Shown one piece after another: positions 25,611 through 37,945 of a DNA stretch of 64,000 bases (position 1 is its first letter; each line of letters starts with the position of its first letter). Made by a program: the position numbers and the translations under genes. The DNA lies in assembly GCA_013239625.1 (NCBI GenBank), contig MU054338.1, forward strand, positions 5,122,724 to 5,186,723, written 5' to 3'. The notes below the pieces were generated by a model. It was given only the letters and a program-made list of their open reading frames with translations. It made no database searches and was not told the origin of the DNA. The stretch comes from Lama guanicoe (Eukaryota).

Positions 25611-27513
25611 CATCTGAAGGATGGCTTCCAGGGCTGGGCAGCGTTTACAGCCTGAAGATGAGTCAAGAGAAAGTTCCTGAGGGATCAGGAGGTTTTGCCT
25701 CTCAGACTGCAGATTTCAGTCCTGGGTATTGAATCAGTTTTATCTCTGGTATGAAATACACATTAATATGTGATAAATATCTGACAAACTCTGCTAGTAG
25801 AGGGCCCAGAAATCCAGAGCTGAACCATTCTCTTGTGCTCTTTGTGGAGAGGGGATGGGGAGGCAACACACTTCTGAAGTCCCCTGGGCTCAGCAAGGGG
25901 ACAGTGGGCCCCGGCCCCAGCCACGTGTGGTCTTTTTCTCTGAGGCCCCTGCTACTTCCCAAATCCAGCTGTGCTGATGAGGCTTCAATCCTCGCCTCCA
26001 CCACCTCCTCCCCGTCTCCCATCTCTGAAGCTGGGAAAGCCCCGCTGCCTTCCCAGCCCCTCCTTGCCCAGAGAGATCCCTCCAATTCAGCGCTTCTTGT
26101 CCACAGCCCCGGGCCACCCACAGACTTTGACTCTGCAGGAGATCCCGGAGCCGCCTCTCTCTCAGGAATGACTAACTCCTGGCTTGGTCTTTGGGGCAGG
26201 TGGTCCCCTGCCAGCTGGGCAATGGGAGGAAGAGGTCTTCTGTTTCTGATGGGAGCCATTGCCTAGAATTTGTACCATTCACCAAGAGCCAGAGCCCTCG
26301 GTGCCCAACAAACTCGGGGAGCCCTCAGAGGCCAGGGGCTCAGGGCCAGCCCTGGGGAGCCACAGGGTCCTGGGGTAGAAAGCCCCCCACAAGGTGAAAG
26401 AAAAACGCCCCCATCTTCCTCCCATGACAGGGCAGCACAGAGGAAGGAGACTAGAACCAAGTGCATGGCCAGGGCAAGTCCAGCCAACCTGTGGGCCCTC
26501 AGGTGTTGGTTGGGGGTTAAACTTAGGCTGTGGGAAGGTGCCCATCGACCTGAGGGTGCTAGGCAGGTGAGAAAAGGTCTGCGCTGATCCTGTGACTGTC
26601 CTCCTGCTGACTAAGGGACCAGATGCCCCCTTTCCAGGAACTGAGCGAGGGCCCCTCTGTGGCTGAGCTGTCAGAGCCAGGTCAGGTGGGGTCCAAGGAG
26701 AGCCATGGTTCAGACACTGGTCCATTTGAGTCCAGAGCCCTTGCTTTTGGTGTAGTGCTGAGCTGCCTCTCCTGCGGCCGGCAGAAGTGGGGAGGCTAGT
26801 GGCCCCAAAGCCCCCAGGAGGGTGGGGCCAGACCATCCCCAGGAAAAATAGAGAGATGGGCCTACAGCCACCAGAGCACAGATTCCCAGCACTCTGACAC
26901 GTTGGCTTCCCAGCCTAAGGCCATTGGCAGCACCAGACAATTAACAGCAGAGAATAATTGCTTCTGGCTGTGCCAGCAGCCCACTTTGGTTTATGAGACA
27001 GGGAAGGTCAGATGCTGAGGCAGGGCTCCAGGGAAGGCCACCGCCAGGGACAGGGACCAAGGCTGTCAGGAAGGGCCACCAAAACAGGGGTACCTGCACT
27101 TCTGGGTCCCAGCAGAGGCCCTGAGTGGGGGGAGCCTTGACCCCTGGCCCTGTTGAAGACTCAGGGGTGTCAAGTTGAGGCTTGGCAGGGACAGCAGGAC
27201 GGCTCAGGCCCTGGCCATGGCCCCCTGTCTCCATCCAGGCATCTGGACTACAAAGGCAGGGATCCCGGTAGCCAGCATCCGGAACAGAAGGAGCCAGCAA
27301 GGCCATCAGCTGAGCTAGGGTGTGGGGTTGAGAGGTGCACCAGGTGAGCAGACCAGAGATGGGAAGCCTGGGGTGAGGAAGTGTCCAGGTGAGCAGCAGA
27401 CTCAGTTGGTCCAGAGCCAGAGGAGCCAGCCACCCAGTTCTGACCACACACATCTCTGGCCCCCAGATGCAGCTGTGACCTGACCCTTCTCGCGGCTGAT
27501 GAGCCTGCCCACC

Positions 27514-27650
27514 ATGGCGAGCCCCACCCTGAGCCCGGACTCCTCGTCCCAGGAGGCCCTGTCGGCCCCCACCTGCTCCCCCACCTCTGACTCTGAGAAC
27601 CTCAGCCCCGATGAGCTGGAGCTGTTGGCCAAGCTCGAGGAGCAGAACCG
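27514..27650 (+). CDS. EVI5L: EVI5L coding exon 1 (MASPTL...EEQN)
   Basis: Strong Kozak cccaccATGG; donor CG|GTAAGT. Confidence 0.95.
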
Positions 27651-30600
27651 GTAAGTTGGGACCCGAGGGACGGGGAAAGGTCTTGGGGTGCAGCCTGGGC
27701 CCGAAACAAGTTCCTAGTTGTCCCCTCACACTCAGAGCTAGGCCCAGCCCTGGGCAGAGTAACACCTCCCATCAGTGGCTTGACAAGGATGTCTCCTGTC
27801 ATCCTGCCAACAGATGAGGAGCCCGAGGTACCGAGTGAGGCCGAGTGAGTCTGGCCTTCACTTATCTAGCCCTTGTTGGAGGGAGAAATAAGGACTGTGA
27901 CTGGGGTTGGGCCTTCTCACCTTTCTCCCTGGCCCTCCCCCTGTTTTAAAGTGTAGGTGGTATTATTGCGCAGGTATGGTGAGTTCACTGCCATTGGAAA
28001 GACAGTTTATTACTCACAGGTCCCAAGAGGAGGGGCACAGAACACCAGGTGGGGCCACATGGGGAAGCACCAGGGTCCGTCAGGAGGCAGAGGGGATGAG
28101 AAAAATGTGGGCGAGAGCCTTTACTGTGGTTTCTGCATGAAGGAACGGTGAGGCAGCGTAATCGGGCTTAGGGCTGGCTAGTTTGAATCATTTCAGCAAA
28201 CTCAGGGCATAGGGGCTGGGCCTATTTGTCGAGCGCCTGGCCCTGGGGTGACTGAGGCTGAGGGACAGTGGCCTGAGTGCAAGAGCCTGATAACAGAGGT
28301 GGTTGGTTTGTGGGTGCCGGATTGGTTGGTTTGCACGTGAAGGGCTCACTGGCAGCCGAGTCCTTAGCTATCTCCAGGTCAGGGACATCTCCCAGATGTC
28401 AGTGCACCGGAAACATGGTCAGTACAGGCCCTTGCTGGCTGGTGCCCCCAGCCAGCTTTACCTTCTCTGCAACTTGTCTGTAAACATAGACCTGAACAAA
28501 ATCTGCCCCACAGGGTTGGTACGAGATTAAATGAGCTAATCCACATGCTTCTCAGCCCAGTGCTGGGCACAGAACGAGACACGGGAATGGCAGCCTCTCC
28601 AGGGGTCCAGGGATCAGGACCATGGCTCAGAGAGGTTAGGGCATGGGCCGAGGTCACTCAGCAAGTGCCATAGGGGAAGAACCACTAAGACCCAATCCCT
28701 GGGGTCCCAGAGGAAGGGCCAGGAGCCGGGGTGGGAAGCGCCTACAGCCCAGCTGCCTCCACTGACCCTGCTCGCCCAGGCTCCTGGAAGCCGACTCCAA
28801 GTCCATGCGTTCCATGAATGGCTCCCGGCGGAACAGCGGCTCCTCGCTGGTGTCCAGCTCCTCGGCCTCCTCCAACCTGAGCCACCTGGAGGAGGACACA
28901 TGGATCTTGTGGGGCCGGATCGCCAACGAGTGGGAGGAGTGGCGACGCAGGAAGGAGAAGCTGCTCAAGGTGGCGGGGGCAGTGGGGCTGGGGGCCAGGG
29001 TCTGCCAGGGGCCCCAGCATGAGCACGGGGGCTGGAGTGGAGGTGCGCAGGCACTTTGAGGACGCCTGGCCAGGGCAGGGTGAGAGGAGGGAGTGTGGGG
29101 AGGCGCTGGCATCCCAGGCACCCATTTGCTCTCTGCCCACCGTGTTCCACCCCGGATTGGGGTGGCATATCCTCACTGTGGACTCCGTCTGCAGTGTGGT
29201 GGCTCAGCTGAGCTCTGGGCTACAGGCAAGGCGCGGGCAAGCCCGACCTCAGAGGCCAGGCCTGGTGGCTGTGGGGAGGCAGCGCTGGGATGGGGTCCAG
29301 CCCGGCCTCCCACTACCCCCGGCCACCCTGTCTCCAGGAGCTGATCCGCAAAGGCATCCCGCACCACTTCCGGGCCATCGTGTGGCAGCTCCTGTGTAGT
29401 GCCACCGACATGCCGGTCAAGAACCAGTACTCGGAGCTGCTCAAGATGTCCTCGCCGTGCGAGAAGCTGATCCGCAGGGACATCGCCCGCACCTACCCGG
29501 AGCACGAGTTCTTCAAGGGCCAGGACAGCCTGGGCCAGGAGGTCCTCTTCAATGTCATGAAGGTGACGCCCCCCAGCCCTGCGCAGAGAAGCGCTGCCCA
29601 CCCACGGCAGCCTGCTGTCACCGGGCCCGGCAGGACCCTGCCCTGACACGCGTGTGTTCCCCGGCAGGCGTACTCCCTGGTGGACCGGGAGGTGGGCTAC
29701 TGCCAGGGCAGCGCCTTCATCGTGGGCCTGCTCCTCATGCAGGTAGGTGGCCCGGGGCCAAGCTCTTGGAGGGCCCAGCCCATCCTGGCTCTCCCCTAGA
29801 AGGTGGACAGAAGGGTCAGAGCCTCCCTCTCCATCCACCCATGACCTCTGACAGTCCCCAGCCAAGCCCCCAGTGGGTGAGAAGAGAGGGCTGGCCGCCT
29901 GTCCTGTCCCAGGCTTGGAGGTGCAGACTGACCTACTCAGTCACCTCCTGGGGTCGGACCCCTCCAGAGTCTCAGGTGGGAGGCTTAGGTCAGCCAGTGT
30001 GGTGTCTGTGGGGCTGGGCGTCTCCTCCAGAGAATCCAGCAGGCTTAGGAGCAGGAGAACAGAGACGGCTGGGAGTGCACTGGAGGATGTCTGCACCGTG
30101 GGCTCCGGAGGCGGCCAGACCTGGGTTCAAGTCCCAGCTCCACTCTTTCCTGCCAGGCAGCCTTCCACAGGCGACTTCAGCCTCAGGAGGGTTCCTATCA
30201 GTAAAGCAAGGGGACAGTATTTACCAGAGGTTTGATGAGGGGCTCCAGGCAGCCCGGCACTGTCCATGTTCAGTAAAAGTAGATGAAACAGAAAGAGGAG
30301 AAACCGTAAGAAGACAATCAGGTGCCCCAGCTCACAGACACCCCCCACCGCCCACCCCTAGATGCCCGAGGAGGAGGCCTTCTGTGTGTTTGTGCGGCTG
30401 ATGCAGGAGTACCGCCTGCGGGAGCTCTTCAAGCCCAGCATGGCCGAGCTGGGGCTCTGCATCTACCAGTTTGAGTACATGCTACAGGTGAGCAGGGGCA
30501 GGGGCAGCTGGCACCCACCCACTCCTCTCGGCCAGCTCGCACCCATGGGCGCTCACCTCAGCCATCCCAGCGAGTCTCTTTGAAAATTCCAGACCTGAGC

Positions 30601-33600
30601 AGTCACATCCAGGCGTTCCAGCTCAGAAAGGGGCTCTAGTCCGCTGGGCAGTATAGCACTGTCGGGAAGGATGCTCTGAGGGACTGGGGAGGGGCCAGCC
30701 CCTTACAGCGGGGGCTCCAGAGAGCGCGGGCATCCCAGAGCCACGAGGGCTGGGATGGAGCTGTTGGGATGGCTCAGACACACCCACGGTCCCCTCCTGT
30801 CTGCTCCCCGGGGTGGAGAAGGAGGGAAAGTGTTGTCTGCCTGTCTTTGCTGATTACTGGAGAGCCGCAGCCGCCTGTTTATAAATAGCAGCCCCCGCAG
30901 GGCCGGCTCCTGGCTGGCAGACAGAGCTGGTGTACACGCACAACGCACACACATGCACACGCACACGCACATGCACCACATACACACACACCTGTTCTGG
31001 AAGCCAGTTACAGGTGGGGCTGTGCAGCTCTGCACCACAGTGGGCAGGATGTGCCTGGTGGTGAAGGCCCCCCTCCTCAGGCCTAGAGGATGTGGAGGTG
31101 CTGTCGGTCGTGGTAACTGGTAGTGCTGGCAGACAGGGGGCCCGGGTCCGCAGAGAAGAAGCGATTGCACAGCGGGCTGGGTAACCCGGCGCTCCCATGG
31201 TGAAGTAGCCAGATGCCACCAGAGCGTCCCTAAGTCCAGGAGGAAGCCCAGGGTGGGCAGAGGGACAGCTCGAGTGTCCATTGCCCAATGAAGGACATCC
31301 AAGAAGTCCTAACGCCTTCTCTAGCCTTAGTTTCCCCAGTTTCTGTCACTTCCCAGTGTCGGAAGTCCCAGCCTTGAGCATCCTTTGAGCACTTTGGGCA
31401 CAAAGTGCTATAGGGGAGGGGCGCTGGGAGTGGACACAGAGGCGATGGCTCAAACCGCCCTTCCCTGTTGCCCCCTGGGTGACCTTGGGGAGTTATGTAA
31501 CCCCCCAAAGCCTCAGAAGGAGTGGGAGGATCCCAGGAGCAGCTGGGCCAGCGCCTGCCCTGGGTGGGCACCCAGCACCCACAAGCTGCTGCTACTCCTG
31601 CCACCCCTGCCTGTGTCCCCACCTTGTGCTCCTCAGAGCTCTGGGGTGCTCCTGCCCCACCCAGACACAGTGCTGAGGACACACCAAGGAAGGGAGCCAA
31701 GGGCTGCCCAGGGCAGATCAGGGAAGGCTCCCAGACGTATGGGCACTCAGGCCCAGCACTTCTAGATAGCAATGCTGACAGCTGCACCCAGCGCCCTCCT
31801 CACAGTGCCTGGACTCCTCCCCAACCCCCAGGAGCAGCTCCCAGACCTGAACACCCACTTCCGCTCCCAGAGCTTCCACACGTCCATGTACGCCTCCTCC
31901 TGGTTCCTCACGCTCTTCCTGACCACCTTCCCGCTGCCCGTCGCTACCCGTATCTTTGACATCTTCATGTACGAGGTGAGGACCCCACCCTCCCTCTCCT
32001 GGCTGCTCTGGATAGGGTGATCAACATCCTCACTGGGAATGATTCAGGCCCAGGCCCAGGCCGAGGATGGGCGGGGGCTCCGGGAAAGGTCAGAGGACTC
32101 CCTGGGAGCGTAGGGCCAGAGATGCATTGCCCCTGCCGCTGCCTTTGCAGGGTCTGGAGATCGTGTTCCGGGTGGGCCTTGCCCTCCTGCAGGTGAACCA
32201 GACGGAGCTGATGCAGCTGGACATGGAGGGGATGTCCCAGGTGGGCCAGGAGGGCCAGGGCAGGTGGGCTTGCCCCCAGCGGGGGCACCTGGGCAGGTGG
32301 AGCATCCTGAGAGATGGGGACACCCTGGAGTTCCTGAGCACCCTGATCCTTTCCCATCACCTCTGCTCCTCCCCACTCTGAGGTCTCCATAGAGGACCAG
32401 CATGGACCCCGAGGAGCCTCAGGCTCTGCCAGATACAGTCCAGGGCGAGCAGCCTGGCAGCGGGAGAGAGGAAGGCCCAGGCCGAGCCCTGGGAGGTGCC
32501 CCTCCCCTACTCGCAGCTCCGGGTCCCCCAGAGCCTAATGCGGCAAACAGTAATACTAAGCAAACCAGGAGGCCTTGGGTGTGGTTTCAGCCCCAGCAGC
32601 CAGGCGGGGCGAGGGCACAGGAGGGAGTGAGGGGTCTGGGACAGTCTCTGGCCCCGCCCCGCCCCGGCGTGCTTCAGCTGCCTTGCCTGCCGAGAGGAGG
32701 CCAGCCTGCTTCTCACCGCCATGTCCCCATCATGCAGGCCCCTGCCCCCTCCCAGCGTCCTCCAGCTGGTGCTTCAGGGAAGAATGCACAAAGGCCACGG
32801 TTGTGTCCACGAACACGGGCATCCATTGTCCACAGCTGCCAGAGGGGGCCAGCTGGGCTGGGGAGCAGGAGCCAGCCTGGCCCCGAGCTGCCACAAGCTG
32901 TGTCCACCGGCAGCTTGCACTTAACTCTTTGCGGAGGCTCCAGGGGCCACGGGCGAGCAGGCAGACCACGGAGGGGTCTTCCCTCCAACTTCCTCTCCGC
33001 CACCCTGATCCTTCAGCTTCTTCTCCCTCCTCTCACTGCCCTGGGGCAGCAGCATGTCTCCCTCCTGAAGGCCTCCTGTGCTCAGACCCCATCCCCCGCC
33101 CCACCCCTGGCCTTCGCCCTCAGGAGCCCCCGAAGCCTGCTGTCCTGAGCAGGCTGAGCGCCCACAGCAGGTAGGCCCTGCACTGAGGTCCTGGTGACAC
33201 CCTGAGCAGACCCTCCTCCCAGGAAGGAGGGTGCAGTGGGGGCTCAAGTGGTCCTAGGTGGCCCAGGTCTGTGTGTCGGTGACCGCCTGTGTCCCCACAG
33301 TACTTCCAGAGGGTGATCCCCCATCAGTTCGACAGCTGCCCGGACAAGCTGATCCTCAAGGCTTACCAGGTCAAGTACAACCCCAAGAAGATGAAGAGGT
33401 CAGTACCAGGCAGCCGGGCTGCTAGTAGAAAGGGGGTCCCTGAGGATGGGACAGTGAGCACATCCGCCCTCCCACTGCAGGTTGGAGAAGGAGTACGCGG
33501 CCATGAAGAGCAAGGAGATGGAGGAGCAGATAGAGATCAAGGTGAGTCCAGGACCGGACCAGACGCAGTGCCCTCAGGAGCCCCTCAGCAGCCACTAGAG

Positions 33601-34331
33601 GGCAGCCCTTCCCTGAGCGGGCTGCACACCACGCTGCTTAGGTTGGGGGTGGGGGGGTGTTCACTCACCTCCAGGCCCTGTGTGAGCCAGGGTGTGCCCC
33701 AGCACTAAGGGCAGGTCCCAGGGCAGGCAGCGAGTCAGCCTCCAGCCCTCGCCCCTCCCCGGAGGTTCCAACCCTCTAATCACAAGATTGCGTCACCTGG
33801 CAACCAGCCCCTTCCTGAGGTGACCTGGGGGCTTTCCAAAAGCCACCTCACCGAGGTAACAAAAGACACCTTTATTCCTCTTCTCACTGAGGAAATGCCC
33901 AGGGTTTTAGGAGCTCTGTGCCAGGACCACAACGACAACCAGACAGACATTTCTTACACATCACAAAGTCTCCTCAGGATGCAGAGCCTCTGAATCCAGT
34001 CCTCCTCCTGCTCTCATCCCTCCAGCCATGGTTTTGGTTATTGACTCAACATGCATTTATTGAGCACCTACTGTGTGCCAGAGTCACAGCAGAGACTGAG
34101 GGCCCCTAGTCCAGTAGGGGTGGGGGGACGGACACAAACAAACCCCAACACAGCCTGGCTCTGTCCTCTTCAGGGGCAGAGTCCCACAGTGGCTGGGACT
34201 GGAGTCCCACAGACCCCAGCTCTGCTACAGACCAGCTGTGTGACCTGCCAGGAAGGTGAATTCACCTCTCTGAGCCTCAGTGCCCCTTCTGCAAAATGGG
34301 GATGACACTTGCTCTCTGGTCAAATTATTAT

Positions 34332-34390
<59 letters not shown>

Positions 34391-37300
34391 ATTATTAACC
34401 ACCACCATCATCATCATCCTTACCTCCTCTAGAAACCTAGATTAGAATCCAGGTCACCTGCCCCCTGTACCTGAGTGGGGAAAGAGGGCATCATTGTCTG
34501 GACCCTCTTTGTAGGTTTTCCGGAAATAATTTTGTGTCCTAAATTTTTAAGCCATTCCCTTTCTCAAGAATGGCAGCTTCACTGATGCACCAGTCCAAAC
34601 ACGTATGCGTGCCTTACTCATGCACAGACAAGGGCCTGCTCCCACCTGCTGACCACGAGGGCTCAGCAGTAAGTAGGGACACAGCAGACCCGGAGACCAC
34701 CTGCCCAGCCTGGAAATTTCTCCGGAGAGGAGCCTGGGTGCCCAAGGGCAGGGCAGATGCTTTCTCCCCTGGCCCTGCCCTTTGCTCTTTCACCTTTAGC
34801 TTATTTTAAAATGTACCTGGGATTTGTTTTAATCAGGCATGGTGATTGTGATGGACACAAAGAAGACTGCCTTTGAAAGAAGAGTTTATTACTCACAGTT
34901 CCCAAGGGGAGGGGGCACACCACTGCACACAGGGCCACACAGGGAGGCACGAGGGTGCGTCAGGAGGCAGAAAGAGTGAAGAGCAAAGCATGGGCGAGAA
35001 TCTTTACTGTGGTTCCCACAGGAAGGGAGGGGTGAGGCAGGGTAGGGTGAGGTAGGTAATTTGAGCACGTTTGAGATTGGCTCATTTGAATAATTTCAGG
35101 GGCTCTGAGCTATAGAAGTGGTTCCTAGTTGCCCTGGGACAACAGGGCAGGGGAAATTTTGGCTTGGTGTGTGAGTGTCAGATAAGGGAGGTGATAGGGG
35201 CCTGGGCTCTGGATTGGCTGGTTTGCATGTGGAAGGCAAACTAGCAGGCAGGTCATTTACCATCCCTAGGAATTAACTAACCCTGGGAGGGGCAGTCTCT
35301 CCAGGATTAGCAAAGCTGCAGGATGTCAAGACTCAAAGATACAGAAGAAAAAAATTTTAATAATGTGATTAGTCCCCCCACCCCATGGTCCTTGTTCACT
35401 TGCTCTCACTTTCCCTTTAGAGTGAGAGGAGACGGGAGAGCTGTTGGTCGGCACATCCAGCTCCTCCAAGGATGGCTGTGCTTGTGCATCAATGCCCTGA
35501 GGCCAGAAAGGGGGCAGGGCAATCCAGGGGGCAGGGGGCAGGACTCTGGTCCTGGATCCCGATGAGGAACAGAGACCGGGGCCTGAAACAGCTCTGACCC
35601 CAGTGAGCTGGGAGGCTCAGGCCAAACACTGCCTGATTCCAGCTAGTTTCCTCTCCCTCAAGTTTCGCCTCCCACTGACTCCACCATGAGTCAGTGACCA
35701 TCCACCAAGTCTGCGATTATCTCTGACCACAGCTGCTTCCTGGGAATGTTCCGGGTGTTTCCATCACCTTTTTCTCCCCGGAAGAAACTAGGCAATGTTC
35801 TTTGTGATCCACAGGGAAGCAGGCCCCTCACTAATCTGCTGATGAAAACCATTTCTGTACCTACTTCTTAAGGGGTACTTCGGTAGAAACTAGGTACAAG
35901 GCATATGTCAACCTCCCCTGCTCCCCAAAAGGCTGCAGGGGAACCGAAAACCACAGATATCTAACCAGAACCACCAGCACAGGAGGGAGGGTGGGAGCAG
36001 GGGAGAGCATCTCCAGAACTCCCGAGTGGGGAGTGACAACTGCTGGGTACAGCTGGCTCTCAGTGGCTTGCAGAAATGTAGCTGTCCAGCTGACGGGCTC
36101 GCGCCTGTTCAGCAAGGCTCCCTCCCGCCAGACTCAGACTCAGAGAGGAGTTTGTCCTCAGAGAATTTAGAGGGGTCCGTCCCCCCACCCCTACTGGACT
36201 AGGGGCTCAAAGGGAAGTAGTTAGGGGTGGGGGCCATCTGATAGCAGCCTCGCTCCAAACCCAGGGGCCTTTGCCCCCTGGTAGGCGTCATGTGAGGTTG
36301 GCCCTTGACAGGCTTAACCCTGGGGTAGACACATCCGAGGGGGGCATGGGAGCTGACCACCCAGCCCCCAGCACACCATTCACATCCACAACAGCGATCA
36401 TATTATTTTTAATGAACCAAGGTTTGGTTTGAAAACATAAATATATCTAATCTAGTGGGCTACTCTGAATGGGAATTGGCCTTGACTGTCTTCTGCAATC
36501 ACTCACCCAGAACTTTAGACACCTCCTGCCTGGAGGGCGCCTGGCCTTGAGGGGACAAACCTCACTGTGTACTGGAGCAGGAGGCTGGCTCTGACATGCT
36601 CTCCCCTCTCCCCACAACCCCGTAGAGGCTTCGGACAGAGAACCGGCTCCTGAAGCAGCGGATTGAGACCTTGGAGAAGGTGAGGGGTATGGCCACCAGC
36701 CTGTGACACGAACCCTCCGAGCCCCAGGCAGGACCCAGCAGCAAGAGGGCCAGTCAGCCATCTGCCCCCACTCCCCCGTCTCTGTGCAGGCCCCGCCCTG
36801 AACTGGCGGGCTCTGAGGAGCCCAGTGTAAATCCCGCCACAAGCCCCACTTTGATTTGGGCAGCCGTATAAATTGGGGGCCGTGGGGAAACTTTGCTTGG
36901 GGATGAAGGTTGAGTTATAACCCCACTAACTGCAAACACCGGGCTGCCTGGGTATGGGAAGTAGGTGCCCTGGAAATGTAATTCATCCTCCAAAGAAAGG
37001 TGGAGGAGGAAGGGGTGGCCTTGCTACCAGCACCATGGAGGGGGTCCCATAGCCTCGACACTAGCCCCCAACCTGTTTTTAAAGATTGGAATAGAAATGA
37101 AGGGGCCCACTTCCAGCTCACCCCTCATTCTCACACTTGACCCTCCACTGACCACAGGGAGTAGGTGGAATTTGTTGCCCTTGCCCCAAAGCCTCCATTC
37201 TTGTTCTGCCTCCCAATTAACATTCACCCGGCCCAGTGCTGCCACCTCTGTACCCCCATCACCCTCCCAGGAAAGGAGGCCAATGCATTTCTTCCCAGCG

Positions 37301-37914
37301 GGGCCCCAGCCCGGTGGCCCGCAGCGGGGTGGCACTGCCCTCCCTGCTCACACAGACCCCTCTTCAGGACGGAGCTGGCTCTGGCTTTGGTCTTCCTCCG
37401 GGTCCTCTCCTGCTGGTTCTCTGGTTCTCCGGTCTCACTCCTCTCTCCCCGCTTCTAGAGATAGTCCACTGCATTAGTGACGAGTGGTTCTTGTCTGTCT
37501 CTCCCCTTCTCCTGTCCCCGCGCCTTCCGCTCTGCCTCCTCCCCCTGTCGCTCGGAACCCCTCCGGCGGGTAGGAGAGCGCTGCTCTGGCTGATAGGTTA
37601 ATCCAGGTACCGTAGCTCTCCCTCTCCCACTCCTTCCCGGTCCGCACACAACCACCGGGCCGCCTCTCCCCTGGCCGGGGCGAGGGGGGCCGGCCTGGCG
37701 CTGCGCATGGGGGCGGCTGGGGACCGCTTCTCAGGGGAGACAGAGGCTTCCCTCGGGGGCGGGGGTGTGCATGTGGCGTATGAACGCGCACACGCACAGA
37801 GAGTTTCCTCCCTCCAGGGGACAAAGGTGGGGACCCAGGAGGGCTCCAGGACCCTGAGGGTGCATCAGCAACAGGCCCTGGTGTGCGCACGGCTGAGACT
37901 CCCCCCAACACACA

Positions 37915-37945
<31 letters not shown>

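Noticed and set aside
27953..35350. Two same-orientation LTRs as ends of one provirus
   Set aside because: The sequence between them is ordinary EVI5L exons and introns and the copies are clearly diverged; independent solo LTRs.
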